From assembly GCA_014874355.1 (NCBI GenBank), contig JACWAJ010000066.1, positions 12,417 through 76,416 of the forward strand: a DNA stretch of 64,000 nucleotides, written 5' to 3'. Below the pieces are notes generated by a model, which was given only the letters and a program-made list of their open reading frames with translations, had not been told where the DNA came from and made no database searches. This document shows, one piece after another, positions 19,649 to 31,136 of this stretch (position 1 is the first letter of the stretch; every line of letters begins with the position of its first letter). The stretch is from a bacterium (lineage in GTDB: Bacteria > Chloroflexota > Dormibacteria > Aeolococcales > Aeolococcaceae). Both the position numbers and the translations under genes were made by a program.

Positions 19649-20885
19649 GCCTGCCCTAGCACCGTTGGACGTCGCCCGCATCCGCGCCGACTTTCCCATC
19701 CTCGAACGCAAGATCAATGGTGCACCGCTCGTCTATCTCGACTCGGCGGCCACGACACAAAAGCCCAACGTCGTTATTGACGCTATTGGCAATTACTACC
19801 GGACCAGCAACGCCAATGTGCATCGCGGCGTCCACAGCCTGGGCAACGAGGCCACCGACGCCTTTGAACTGGGCCGGCGCCGCGTGGCACAGTTCATCGA
19901 CGCCGACCCGGCGGGCCTCGTCTTTACCCGCAACACCACCGAGGCGCTTAATCTCGTGGCCGCGTCCTATGCCCGTGAGATGCTCCAGCCGGGAGACCGG
20001 ATCGTGGTCACAGAGATGGAGCACCACAGCAATCTGGTGCCGTGGCAACTGGCATCTGAGCGCGCCGGACTCGAACTGGCGGCAATCCGGCTCCAAGACG
20101 ACGGCACTCTCGACATGGATGACGCCGAGCGCTTGCTCAAGCCTCCCACGCGACTGCTCAGCGTCACCCACCAGAGCAATGTGCTCGGCACCGTCAATGA
20201 CCTTGCCACGCTCACCAGGCTTGCCCACGCTGCCGGAGCGCTGGTCTGCGTCGACGCAGCGCAGAGCGTGCCCCACCGGCCAGTGTCAGTACGCCAACTC
20301 GACTGCGACTTCCTGGCCTTTTCGGGTCACAAGATGTGCGGCCCCATGGGCATCGGCGTGCTCTGGGCCCGCCCTGAACCGCTGAACGCAATGCCGCCGT
20401 TTCAAGGTGGTGGCTCCATGATTCTCAGGGTCACGCTGCAGCACTCGTCGTGGAATGACGTGCCCCACAAGTTCGAGGCGGGAACCCCTGACGTCGCTTC
20501 GGTGGTGGGCCTGGCAGCGGCATGCGACTACATAGACAACATCGGCCTGACTGCGATATGCGAGCACGAAACGCGGCTGACGAAGCGGCTCCTCGATGTC
20601 CTCACGACCATTGGCGACATTGACATCCACGGACCGCTGGACCTGACCCAACGGGGTGGCTGCGTCAGCTTCAACGTCGGCAATGTCCACGCCCACGACG
20701 TCGGCACGATCCTGGATCGCACCGGCATCGCGGTGCGTGCCGGCCACCATTGCTGCCAACCCTTGATGCAGCGATTGGGAGTCCCCGCCACCACCCGAGC
20801 TTCCACCTACCTCTACACCACGCCAAACGAGATCGACGCCCTCGGCGAAGGGCTGGCCGAGGTCAAACGGGTCTTTCGGGTCTAG
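19641..20885 (+). CDS. sufS: Cysteine desulfurase SufS (class II)
   Basis: SufS-like 414-aa protein; PLP Lys in FSGHKMCGPMGIGVL; C-terminal RAGHHCCQPL active-site Cys. Confidence 0.9.
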   Translation: MIEPALAPLDVARIRADFPILERKINGAPLVYLDSAATTQKPNVVIDAIGNYYRTSNANVHRGVHSLGNEATDAFELGRRRVAQFIDADPAGLVFTRNTTEALNLVAASYAREMLQPGDRIVVTEMEHHSNLVPWQLASERAGLELAAIRLQDDGTLDMDDAERLLKPPTRLLSVTHQSNVLGTVNDLATLTRLAHAAGALVCVDAAQSVPHRPVSVRQLDCDFLAFSGHKMCGPMGIGVLWARPEPLNAMPPFQGGGSMILRVTLQHSSWNDVPHKFEAGTPDVASVVGLAAACDYIDNIGLTAICEHETRLTKRLLDVLTTIGDIDIHGPLDLTQRGGCVSFNVGNVHAHDVGTILDRTGIAVRAGHHCCQPLMQRLGVPATTRASTYLYTTPNEIDALGEGLAEVKRVFRV

Positions 20886-20889
20886 GAAT

Positions 20890-21366
20890 GTGGCTACAAT
20901 CCCAAGTGTGATGGTCGGATTTAGCAATACCACGCCAGTCGAGGACGACCTCTATCGCGAGATCGTCCTTGAGCACTACAGCCACCCGAGACACCGAGGA
21001 GAGCTTGAAACGGCCTCCAGCCGGGTGGACGCCACCAATCCCCTCTGCGGCGATGAGTTGAGCCTGGCATGGCGCGTGGAGGGCGGCCGCATCTCCGGCA
21101 TCGCGTTTTCAGGCCGCGGTTGCTCGATCTCCATGGCCTCTGCCAGCATGCTCTGTGAGGCCCTTGACGGACAAGATATGGCCACCGCAGCGGACATTGC
21201 GGCACGCTTCCGCTCCATGCTCCTCGACAAAGGCCCTTCCGACGGCCTCGGCGATCTTGAGGCCCTGCGTGGTGTCGCGGCTTACCCTGTGCGCATCAAG
21301 TGCGCGGTCCTGGCCTGGAACGCCCTGCTCCAAGAGCTGGCCGGCACCGCCGAAACAGAGCCGTGA
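20890..21366 (+). CDS. sufU: SufU/NifU-like Fe-S scaffold/sulfur transfer protein
   Basis: HYSHPRHRG...NPLCGDEL...GRGCSISMASASML three-Cys motif. Confidence 0.8.
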   Translation: MATIPSVMVGFSNTTPVEDDLYREIVLEHYSHPRHRGELETASSRVDATNPLCGDELSLAWRVEGGRISGIAFSGRGCSISMASASMLCEALDGQDMATAADIAARFRSMLLDKGPSDGLGDLEALRGVAAYPVRIKCAVLAWNALLQELAGTAETEP

Positions 21367-21749
21367 ACGACACGCCCAACCCTCAGAACCCTGACGACCC
21401 AACTCCCGCCGCAAGCGGCCTCATAGGTGGAGCCGGCGAGCCACGCGCTGACGAAGCCTCGATCCTGGCGGCATTGAGCGAGGTTTACGACCCCGAACTC
21501 GGCATTGACATCGTTGCCTTGGGACTGGTCTACGCCGTCCAGCTCGACAACGATGGTCTGCTCATTATTCAGATGACTCTGACGACGCCGTACTGCCCGC
21601 TGGGTTCGACGATCCAAGCCCAAGCGCTTGCCGTGTGCATGCCGCTTCCAGGAGTTGAGAGCGTTCGCGTCGAACTCGTCTGGTCCCCACCGTGGGATCC
21701 CCGAACCATGGCTTCGGACGACGCACGCCTGCTGCTCGGTATCTACTAA
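21363..21749 (+). CDS. sufT: SufT/DUF59 (MIP18-family) Fe-S assembly protein
   Basis: ILAALSEVYDPELGIDIVALGLVY...TLTTPYCPLG DUF59 signature. GTG start overlapping the sufU stop. Confidence 0.75.
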   Translation: MNDTPNPQNPDDPTPAASGLIGGAGEPRADEASILAALSEVYDPELGIDIVALGLVYAVQLDNDGLLIIQMTLTTPYCPLGSTIQAQALAVCMPLPGVESVRVELVWSPPWDPRTMASDDARLLLGIY

Positions 21750-21763
21750 TGCACGGTTCCAGT

Positions 21764-22123
21764 TCAGGCGACGTGACCCGGTGACCCATCGCTCGCCACC
21801 AGTGCCATCCCAGCCTGCATCCAGGCCGTGAGCCCCCCGGTCAGCGTTGCCGCCGAGTACCCCTTGCCGGCGAGGTTGTCCGCCGCCTGACCGCTGCGGA
21901 CCCCAGTCCGACAGACGACGAGCCATTTCGAAGTCGAGGGAATCTCAGCCAGGCGCGCGTCGACCTCCGCGAGCGGAATACTGATCGCGCCATCGATATG
22001 GCCGGCATCGAACTCGTTGGTTTCGCGAACGTCGAGTACGCGGTACCCCTCCGCAACCAGTCTCTGAGCTGCGGCAGGCGCTACCTTAGCCGCAACCGTC
22101 GTGACCACCGGCAACCACCACAT
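21764..22123 (-). CDS. Rhodanese-domain sulfurtransferase
   Basis: VLDVRETNEFDAGHIDGAISIP...WLVVCRTGVRSGQAA active-site Cys loop. Confidence 0.75.
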   Translation of the reverse strand: MWWLPVVTTVAAKVAPAAAQRLVAEGYRVLDVRETNEFDAGHIDGAISIPLAEVDARLAEIPSTSKWLVVCRTGVRSGQAADNLAGKGYSAATLTGGLTAWMQAGMALVASDGSPGHVA

Positions 22124-22231
22124 CGAACCGAGGAACGGAAACCTCCGGTGCGGCCGCCTGGAGACGGTTCGCCGGTCACGCGGATCGGAGTTGATCCGTG
22201 CCTTCTTGCGATGCGACATACCATTGCTCCC

Positions 22232-22882
22232 TCAACCGTAGCTGGCCGTCTCCGACTGCGCCTCGCGCGTTGCCACCGCAGGCGCAGGAACGATCTGATC
22301 GGTTTCGATGTAGCCCTCGGTTCCATCTCCGAGCCGCACCTTGGTGAAACTCGCATTGCCGCCGGCGATGGCGTCCATTGGAGTGGCCGTGTAAACGTCA
22401 CGCCCGCGTGGCGCATCGAAGCCCGGCTCCGCGAAGAGCGCATAAGCGGTGCTCGCCCATGAGGCCACCAGCGTGACCGGCCCTTCAGGCATCCGCCGTT
22501 CGCGGTAGACCGTGGCGCGATCGGTCACACCCTTGGTGAGCAAGGTCACCAACTGCTGCCCGCGAGTAACGGCTGCACGGTTCCTACGCGGCGACAGGGC
22601 GGCACCTCCACGGCTGGCCTCGACAACAACCTCAGTCCCCTCGTCACTCGACTTGGCCGTGACGCGCACCCACCGAGCATCCCGCTTGACGGGCTTCCAC
22701 TGGCCGAGGAAACCGATACGCTCGATCTCCACGATTCGAGCTTCGTCGTCGCCAGTAACCTCGAATCGGTATGGCGACGTGCCCAACATCTGTTCCATCA
22801 CCGCGAACACCTCGCGTTGTGGTGCTGTGGCGATAAAGCTCCACATCTGAGCGGTCTTGGCTAGGCTGACCATGACCGGCAT
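22232..22882 (-). CDS. Hypothetical protein
   Basis: ORF of about 215 aa with no recognisable motif; start uncertain (22882 or 22921). Confidence 0.4.
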   Translation of the reverse strand: MPVMVSLAKTAQMWSFIATAPQREVFAVMEQMLGTSPYRFEVTGDDEARIVEIERIGFLGQWKPVKRDARWVRVTAKSSDEGTEVVVEASRGGAALSPRRNRAAVTRGQQLVTLLTKGVTDRATVYRERRMPEGPVTLVASWASTAYALFAEPGFDAPRGRDVYTATPMDAIAGGNASFTKVRLGDGTEGYIETDQIVPAPAVATREAQSETASYG

Positions 22883-22936
22883 TGTAGAAGTCCATGATCC
22901 CCTGTCGTCCGGCAGCGCCACCTGAAGTGACGCTAC

Positions 22937-22950
22937 GTTTCACGTGAAAC
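22937..22950. promoter_or_regulatory. parS centromere-like site
   Basis: cGTTTCACGTGAAACc matches the 16-bp parS consensus tGTTTCACGTGAAACa at 14/16 with a perfect palindromic core. It lies ~140 bp upstream of parA. Confidence 0.8.
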
Positions 22951-22982
22951 CCACACTACAGATCAGCCCCGGCCCACCCTAA

Positions 22983-23055
22983 TTTATCCCCAGTATCCAC
23001 GGCCCCTACTGTATAACCGCCCATTCTGCCCGCCATGGCACGCGGTATCCACGGC
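22983..23055. promoter_or_regulatory. DnaA-box-like motifs in the parA promoter region
   Basis: TTTATCCCCA at 22983 and the direct repeat GTATCCACGGC at 22993 and 23045. Confidence 0.3.
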
Positions 23056-23080
23056 ACCCAACCGGCATTCCGCCGCATAA

Positions 23081-24843
<1,763 letters not shown>

Positions 24844-24959
24844 TTCGCGCTTTAGCGCAGGGCACCACCGCTCACGAGAGCCTGGCCCACACCCCTGGTG
24901 TCACGCGATTCCCGTACGGTTTAGTGCTATTTCCGTACAACACGTGGTAAGATGACCTT

Positions 24960-25247
24960 ATGGTCACCGTCCATTCGGATGCCGTGCGTATCCCGAAATC
25001 AGCCCGTGAGGCGGTCGCTCGCCATGAAGACGTCATGGTTCTCAACCATGATCGTCCGGCCTTCGTGATCGTCAATCCCACAGATCGTTCACGAACGGAC
25101 AATCCGGCCTTCCGCGGACGCTCTCTCAATGAGGCAACGGCCACGTTGCTGGCGGCACCCCTTCCTGACCCCGACTTTGCCGTGGATATGGCTGAGGTAA
25201 TTGCCTCAGGTGGAGTTGCGCCCGAGGACCCGTGGGAACGATCCTAG
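24960..25247 (+). CDS. vapB: Putative type II antitoxin (VapB/Phd-like)
   Basis: 95-aa ORF immediately upstream of, and overlapping, a PIN-domain gene. Confidence 0.55.
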   Translation: MVTVHSDAVRIPKSAREAVARHEDVMVLNHDRPAFVIVNPTDRSRTDNPAFRGRSLNEATATLLAAPLPDPDFAVDMAEVIASGGVAPEDPWERS

Positions 25248-25669
25248 ACACCACCGTCTTTATTCAAATGGAGCGACGCCTCAGCCAGCTCCCCCCGTCC
25301 ACCGCGATGCGCGATCTCATCGAACTTCTCGGGAAGGCCGTCGGGCATGGTGAGCCATTGGGCATGGCGTCCATCACTGCATCGGAACTGCTGCACGGCG
25401 TTCATCGCGCGATCGCGGTCCACCGTGTACGCCGAGAGGCGTTTGTCGAAGCGCTGCTCTCCAGCTTTCCGCCCCTCTCATTCGACCTTCCGTGCGCCAG
25501 GGCGCATGCCCGCATCTGGGCGGACCTCGCGGCGGCAGGGCACGACATCGGAGCCCACGATCGCATCGTGGCTGCAACCGCAATGGTGGCAGGGTGGCGG
25601 GTTGCCACTGCGAACGTCCGTCACTTCGACCGTATCGCCGGCCTGGCCGTGCTCCAGTTAAGCCTTTGA
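25232..25669 (+). CDS. vapC: PIN-domain ribonuclease toxin VapC
   Basis: ILDTTVFI N-term acidic residue, DRIVAATAM motif; GTG start overlapping the antitoxin gene. Confidence 0.75.
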   Translation: MGTILDTTVFIQMERRLSQLPPSTAMRDLIELLGKAVGHGEPLGMASITASELLHGVHRAIAVHRVRREAFVEALLSSFPPLSFDLPCARAHARIWADLAAAGHDIGAHDRIVAATAMVAGWRVATANVRHFDRIAGLAVLQLSL

Positions 25670-25673
25670 GCGG

Positions 25674-26306
25674 TTAGCCCACCGGGCGTTCCGCCTTGCC
25701 GGAGAACCGTCCCTCGGCGGCGTTCCAGTCCAGGTTGACCATAAACGACTCGATGTACTTCGAACGCTCGGCTGGCTTGTAGTCGAGAAGGAACGCATGT
25801 TCCCAAACATCCATAACGATTACCGGCTTGAAGCCGGCGACGTTGCCGTCCTGGTGTAGCGAAATCCAGTGGTTGCTGAGCCTCCCGGTGGCCAGATCGA
25901 GATATGTCACCGCCCAGCCCACACCGCGCAGACCACCGACGGCCGTGAAATCCTGCCTCCAGGTTTCCAGGTCGCCAAACGAGTCGCCTAGCGCCCGGCC
26001 CAGATCCGATGCGCCCGGCCCCTCGCGACCGCCATCTTTAGTCATGTTGCCGAAATACAACTCATGCAAGACCATGCCGTTGTACTCGAAACCAAGTCGC
26101 CGCGTGATCTCCGCGTATGCCGGGTTCGCCGCCGAAGCCGCACCTCGGTGGGCCATATCAATCAGCTGCTCTGTCAGCAGATTCGTGTTTTTGACATAGC
26201 CGGCATAAAGTCCGAGGTGAACCTCCAGCGTCTGATCGGAAATTCCTTCGAGGCCGTATATATCAAAGGTCTTGGCCTTGTACGGTGATTGCGTCAGAAG
26301 TGCCAT
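25674..26306 (-). CDS. Fe/Mn superoxide dismutase
   Basis: LEVHLGLYAGYVKN and DVWEHAF(L)LDY SOD motifs. Confidence 0.85.
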   Translation of the reverse strand: MALLTQSPYKAKTFDIYGLEGISDQTLEVHLGLYAGYVKNTNLLTEQLIDMAHRGAASAANPAYAEITRRLGFEYNGMVLHELYFGNMTKDGGREGPGASDLGRALGDSFGDLETWRQDFTAVGGLRGVGWAVTYLDLATGRLSNHWISLHQDGNVAGFKPVIVMDVWEHAFLLDYKPAERSKYIESFMVNLDWNAAEGRFSGKAERPVG

Positions 26307-26392
26307 CTCTGCTCTCCGGGTGTTGCCGTGACCAAACGGGAACGTGTCTTTGGGTCTACGGGACGTAGATACGGGTTCTTATACTGATCAAC

Positions 26393-27157
26393 GTGTCTGG
26401 AATGCTGGCGCCGCTGCCTCTCGAAACCCACCCCCCCGACGTCGGCCCGGCGCGCAAGCGCAACGTGTGGCAGCGGGACATCATTGAAGTTCTCATGATC
26501 GCACTTGTCCTCTACCTCATCATCTGGAGCGTCCTGCAAACTGTCCGCGTTGATGGAAGTAGCATGGAAAAAACGCTGCAAAATTCCGACCTCCTACTGG
26601 CCAGCAAGATCTCCTACAAGATAGGAGACCCCGAGCGCGGGGACATAGTGATATTCGTCCCACCCGTCGGCCCCGATCGAGACTTCATCAAGCGGGTCAT
26701 CGCCGTCCCTGGGGATGTCATCGAGATCGGCGGCGTATGTGGTGCCCGCCCTTCGAAGCTACTCATCAAACCGGGGGGCAATGGCGATTATCAGACCGTC
26801 CAGGAGCCCTATCTCAATGAGCCATGGTTGCAGTTGCCGCCCCCCGCGGGTAGCTGGTGTGCTGCCAATGGATACTCCAAGGTTGTGGGGCCGACGCCCG
26901 TGACGGTTCCCGCCGGGGAGTATTTCGTCATGGGCGACAACCGCAACCACTCTGAGGATTCACGCATCTTCGGATTCATCACGCGAGGCGCCTTGGTTTC
27001 CAAAGCCATCCTTAGAATCTGGCCGCCGTTCAAGTTCGGGCTCGGTCCGGGCGCCACGTTGATCCCCTCGATTGCAGCCGCAGGCCCGCTGTGGGCGCTA
27101 ATGCGTAAACCCAAGCGACAGGCAAAGCGGCGGGCTAGGCGAGCCAGGCAGCGCTAG
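26393..27157 (+). CDS. lepB: Signal peptidase I
   Basis: VDGSSMEKTL (Ser box), KRVIAVPGD, GDNRNHSEDSR boxes; N-terminal TM. Confidence 0.85.
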   Translation: MSGMLAPLPLETHPPDVGPARKRNVWQRDIIEVLMIALVLYLIIWSVLQTVRVDGSSMEKTLQNSDLLLASKISYKIGDPERGDIVIFVPPVGPDRDFIKRVIAVPGDVIEIGGVCGARPSKLLIKPGGNGDYQTVQEPYLNEPWLQLPPPAGSWCAANGYSKVVGPTPVTVPAGEYFVMGDNRNHSEDSRIFGFITRGALVSKAILRIWPPFKFGLGPGATLIPSIAAAGPLWALMRKPKRQAKRRARRARQR

Positions 27158-27587
27158 TCGAATCCCAAAAAACCAGTTCTCCCGGCTCGAAGAAAAGGGC
27201 AACCTCCTCTTCCGCACGCCTCGGAGAGTCAGATCCGTGGATGACGTTCATTCCCAGGCTAAGCGCCAGATCGCCACGGATGGTGCCAGGTGCCGCATCG
27301 ACAGGGTTGGTCACGCCCATCGTGGTGCGAACCATGCCGACCACACCAGGACCCTCCCAGACCATGGCGACTACAGGCGAGGAGGTGATAAAACTCACCA
27401 GTCCGTCAAAAAACGTCTTACCCTCGTGTTCGGCGTAATGCCGCTGTGCCAAATCCTTGGATATGCGCATCAGCTTCAGGCCGGCAAGGTGGAGGCCTCG
27501 TCTCTCGAGACGGCCGATTACCTCTCCAACCAGTCCACGTTGAACGCCGTCGGGCTTTACCAGTACTAAAGTGCGCTCCGTTTGCAT
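27135..27587 (-). CDS. ndk: Nucleoside diphosphate kinase
   Basis: TLVLVKPDGVQRGLVGEVIGRLE...NVIHGSDS active-site His motif. Start could also be the upstream ATG at 27611. Confidence 0.85.
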   Translation of the reverse strand: MQTERTLVLVKPDGVQRGLVGEVIGRLERRGLHLAGLKLMRISKDLAQRHYAEHEGKTFFDGLVSFITSSPVVAMVWEGPGVVGMVRTTMGVTNPVDAAPGTIRGDLALSLGMNVIHGSDSPRRAEEEVALFFEPGELVFWDSTSAAWLA

Positions 27588-27607
27588 GCGATCAACTTCC
27601 TCTTTGC

Positions 27608-28882
27608 TCATGTTCCGAGTAGTGCCTTTTCCAATCGCTCAGGCCTGCGGAAGGGTCCTACAACAGCGCCACGCAGGCCACCATTGCTCGGATCCAGCAT
27701 GGTAGCGGCCAAACGCGAAACATCGGCCGTGCTGACGGACTCGATACCGGCCAGCACCTTGGCGGGTTCCAAGATCGTGCCGATTAGAACCTCTTGCTGT
27801 CCGTAGAAGGCGCCAAGCGCGCCGGTGTTCTCGAGCTGCACACGCAAGCGCCCGGACGTGAATTCCTTGGCCTTGGCAAGTTCAGCGCCACCAACGCCGT
27901 CGGCGGCCAGCTTCTCCAATTCCACCACCGCGGCTCGGATGGCGGCCGGAGCGCGAGCGGGGTCACACCCCAGTCCGATACAAAGCGCACCGGAGTCGCG
28001 CAGCTTGACCGTGTAGGAAGAAACGTCGTAAGCCAGAGCCCGGCGCTCCCTCAACTCGAGAAAGAGGCGGCTGGACATCCCCTCACCAAGGATGCAGTTG
28101 AGAACGTCTACGGCATAGCGGTCGGGACTGAGATAAGCGGGCGCCCGCACACCCAGGAGAATTGCCGCCTGTTCTGTGCTCCGGCCAACGACACGAAGCG
28201 AAGGCCCATCGGGGAGTGTGGCCGCGATCGGTGGCGACTCCGGTGATCCCTCACCCCCCCAGCCGCCCAGCCGCCTTGCAAGCCGGCTGGTCACAGCATC
28301 CGGATCGATAGCACCGGCCACGCTGACGACGAGCGAACGTGGCACGTAGTGGGCGATCAGGTGGCCACGACATACATTCGAGTCAAAGCTCAGCACCGTC
28401 GCCTCGGTGCCCGCCACGTCGCGACCAAGCGGGTGATCGGGCCACATCACCTCATCGAACAGGGTTTGAACATGATCTTGTGGCGAGTCCTGGTACATGC
28501 GAATCTCCTCGACAATGACGAGCCGCTCCTTGGCGACCTCGTCGGCATCGAGCACAGGCTTCACCAGAATGTCTGCGAGCACGTCGATTGCTATGTCCAG
28601 CTTCGGCGCCGGCACTTTGGCCCAGAACACCGTTTCCTCGCGGTCAGTCGAGGCATTTAGGACTCCGCCCACGGATTCAACCGCCTCGCTCACCGCGCGG
28701 GCGGTGGCATAGCGTTCACCGCCCTTGAACACCATGTGCTCGATGAAATGGGCCAGCCCGCTGTTGGCCTCCGTCTCCCAACGAGACCCAAAGCCAAACA
28801 TAAACGACACCGAAGCCGAAGCCCGTTCGAGCATTGGTGCGGTGACTACGCGCACCCCGTTATCGAGCTGCTGAAGCCTGTG
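27608..28882 (-). CDS. M16-family (insulinase/pitrilysin-like) zinc peptidase
   Basis: Inverted zinc motif HFIEHMVFKG. Start uncertain (GTG ~28882 vs ATG 28960). Confidence 0.8.
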   Translation of the reverse strand, partial: HRLQQLDNGVRVVTAPMLERASASVSFMFGFGSRWETEANSGLAHFIEHMVFKGGERYATARAVSEAVESVGGVLNASTDREETVFWAKVPAPKLDIAIDVLADILVKPVLDADEVAKERLVIVEEIRMYQDSPQDHVQTLFDEVMWPDHPLGRDVAGTEATVLSFDSNVCRGHLIAHYVPRSLVVSVAGAIDPDAVTSRLARRLGGWGGEGSPESPPIAATLPDGPSLRVVGRSTEQAAILLGVRAPAYLSPDRYAVDVLNCILGEGMSSRLFLELRERRALAYDVSSYTVKLRDSGALCIGLGCDPARAPAAIRAAVVELEKLAADGVGGAELAKAKEFTSGRLRVQLENTGALGAFYGQQEVLIGTILEPAKVLAGIESVSTADVSRLAATMLDPSNGGLRGAVVGPFRRPERLEKALLGT

Positions 28883-28936
28883 TCCCACCGCCTCTCCTGG
28901 AGTTAATTGACGCTCCCCTTCTCGCAAGGGCACGTC

Positions 28937-29112
28937 AGTGCACCGTCTCAGACTTGGCACGCCGCTGCATCAACCCATCCTCGCCGATCCGTGCGTCAGC
29001 TTCTGCGGTCCTCGGACAAGTACGTTGAGTACGTATCCTCCGGTCCTTGGCGCTTCCTTCGGCTCGGCGGTCTGTGCGGCGCATCAACGCGCCAAGTCTG
29101 AGACGGTGCACT
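28937..29112. repeat. Perfect 22-bp inverted repeats (AGTGCACCGTCTCAGACTTGGC / GCCAAGTCTGAGACGGTGCACT) flanking a 132-bp core. MITE-like element or long-range RNA stem between jag and the M16 peptidase gene
   Basis: Seen directly at 28937..28958 and 29091..29112. The core contains the short repeats gcatcaac x2 and tacgt x2. Confidence 0.5.
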
Positions 29113-29866
29113 AGCGGTTGTTCCAAGAGCGGCGTCCAGCAGGTTCTGCACCCGCCTCTGACGAGCCGGTGGGGTGAATGATGATGCGCCTGGCCGGCTC
29201 CTGCCCCGAGCTCTCAGTCCTCACTCCAGCGTCACCTTCAAGGGTGATGTGGACGATCCGCCGCTCGTAGGCGTGCATCGGATCAAGGGTATAGCGTTCG
29301 CCACTGCGCTTCACCCTATCCGCAAGTCGCAATGCGAGTTCGCGCACGTGCTCCTCCCGCCGCGCCCGGTAGCGTTCGACATCGATGATCACCCGGCGCT
29401 TCTCGACTTCGTCAGCGCTGGTGTCGGTTGCGTCCAGCATCAGGTTGACGACCGTCTGCATCGCTCGCAGGGTCTCGCCTCGCCACCCAATCAGCAAACC
29501 GAGATCGTCGCCGGCGACGTCGATGATCAGTGGAGGAAGCGCAGAGACAATACGCGTCGACGCCGCGGCCAAACGGACGCTCACTCGGGCGGGAATGTTC
29601 ATCCATACCAGCAACTCGTTCACAAGACTCAAGGCACGAGCCGTGCGCCCATCGAGTGCGCTGACTCGAACGCATGCATCCTTGGCGCTCAGCCGTTCAC
29701 CGGGCACAGCCATTGTGGCCTCGTTGAGAACCTCTATAGCGGCGCGGTCCCGTTCAATACCCAACTCTGCCAATGCTCGGGAAATCGCAGTTTCCACATC
29801 GGCACCGTAGGCCTCGACACACTCACCACCAACCCCACTAGTCGCCGTCAGCCCCGGGTTATCCAT
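29111..29866 (-). CDS. jag: Jag/KhpB-like RNA-binding protein (Jag_N + KH + R3H)
   Basis: Position downstream of yidC; C-terminal R3H-like HAYERRIVHITL motif. Confidence 0.8.
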   Translation of the reverse strand: MDNPGLTATSGVGGECVEAYGADVETAISRALAELGIERDRAAIEVLNEATMAVPGERLSAKDACVRVSALDGRTARALSLVNELLVWMNIPARVSVRLAAASTRIVSALPPLIIDVAGDDLGLLIGWRGETLRAMQTVVNLMLDATDTSADEVEKRRVIIDVERYRARREEHVRELALRLADRVKRSGERYTLDPMHAYERRIVHITLEGDAGVRTESSGQEPARRIIIHPTGSSEAGAEPAGRRSWNNR

Positions 29867-29895
29867 ATCGTTCACGTCGTCTCCCGCTTTTTCAC

Positions 29896-30852
29896 CTAGT
29901 CGTTCCGATTGCGAGGTGTTTCCATATTGGCCATCAGGCCGGACTCCGAGGCCCGTGCTGCCGCCTGGGAAAGGCGGCGGCGGCGGTGATCCTCGTGGGT
30001 TAGGTCGGTGACCCGGTGCGCTCCCGGAACCCAAGATGGCATATGGATTGCACCCCAACCGACCAGATAGTGCTGCTGCACGATCATGTACAGGCTCTGG
30101 GTCACCCAGTAGATGGCAATGCCCTGCGCAAACTGGAGTGACATCCACACGATCATGACCGGCATGAACAACGTCATTTGGTTGCTCATGTTCTGCATCG
30201 ATTGCTGCTGCGCGGAAGCGTTGGCCGGCGGCGGGATGAGCATCATCCGCGACTGGACCAGGGTCGCCACGCCCGCGACCACCGGGAGCAACAGCAGCGT
30301 TGGGTGCTGGAATAAGCCGTCGATCCAGCCACGGAAGTACTCGGTTCCACCGCTGGTCTTGGAAATCAAGCAGCAGGCTTCGTGGGCGGTCTGGGTGACG
30401 TTCGGGATCCAGAGAAAGCCCAAGCCTCCCTGCAGGTTCTTACTGGCGTTCTGGATGGCCCAATACAGCGGGAAGATGATCACCGACTGCAGCGCCATCG
30501 GCAGGCAGCCCTTCATCGGCGCCGTCGGACTGATGCCGTGCTCGCGGTAAAGCTTTTGCATCTCCTGGTTGAGCTTTTGCGCCTGACCCTTATAGCGCTT
30601 GCGCAACTCTTGAAGCTCGGGCGCAAGCTTTGCCATCCCCGCTTGGGACTTGCGCATCGTCCGCATCTGCCAGGCGAAAACCGGGAATAGAATTGAGCGC
30701 AAGACCAGTGTCAAGACGATGATTGCCAAGCCGAAAGCGCCAATCGCACTCAGAATCCAAACGTGCTCAAAGACCAGCACCATCTTCTCAAGAGAAAAGG
30801 CGAAAGCCTGGGTCAGCAGGTCGAGTGGGTTGAGGTTGAGTGCGGCAATCAC
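29896..30852 (-). CDS. yidC: Membrane protein insertase YidC
   Basis: Conserved YidC core (…[31 protein letters not shown]). GTG start overlaps the yidD stop. Confidence 0.85.
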   Translation of the reverse strand: MIAALNLNPLDLLTQAFAFSLEKMVLVFEHVWILSAIGAFGLAIIVLTLVLRSILFPVFAWQMRTMRKSQAGMAKLAPELQELRKRYKGQAQKLNQEMQKLYREHGISPTAPMKGCLPMALQSVIIFPLYWAIQNASKNLQGGLGFLWIPNVTQTAHEACCLISKTSGGTEYFRGWIDGLFQHPTLLLLPVVAGVATLVQSRMMLIPPPANASAQQQSMQNMSNQMTLFMPVMIVWMSLQFAQGIAIYWVTQSLYMIVQQHYLVGWGAIHMPSWVPGAHRVTDLTHEDHRRRRLSQAAARASESGLMANMETPRNRND

Positions 30853-31136
30853 GCCGTACCCTCGGTTTTGTGCCCCAGGTGCTTGCTCCGGCGAGCTTCT
30901 CGCCAGCTCACATAGGTCTCCGGCACCGGGTCTTCGCCGCTGCCACCCCACGGAGCGCAGCGTGCAATCCGGCGAATCGCCAACCACCAACCACGCCTAA
31001 AGCCGTACTTCTGGATGGCGGAGTATCCATACCACGAGCAACTCGGCTCGTATCTACAGCGGCCCAAAATGCTTAGAACCGGCCCCAACGTCATCTGGTA
31101 AGCCCGAATCAATATCAGGCTGATCTTCGCCATCAT
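30849..31136 (-). CDS. yidD: Membrane protein insertion efficiency factor YidD
   Basis: [18 protein letters not shown]...[19 protein letters not shown] signature; ATGA overlap with rnpA. Confidence 0.75.
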   Translation of the reverse strand: MMAKISLILIRAYQMTLGPVLSILGRCRYEPSCSWYGYSAIQKYGFRRGWWLAIRRIARCAPWGGSGEDPVPETYVSWREARRSKHLGHKTEGTA

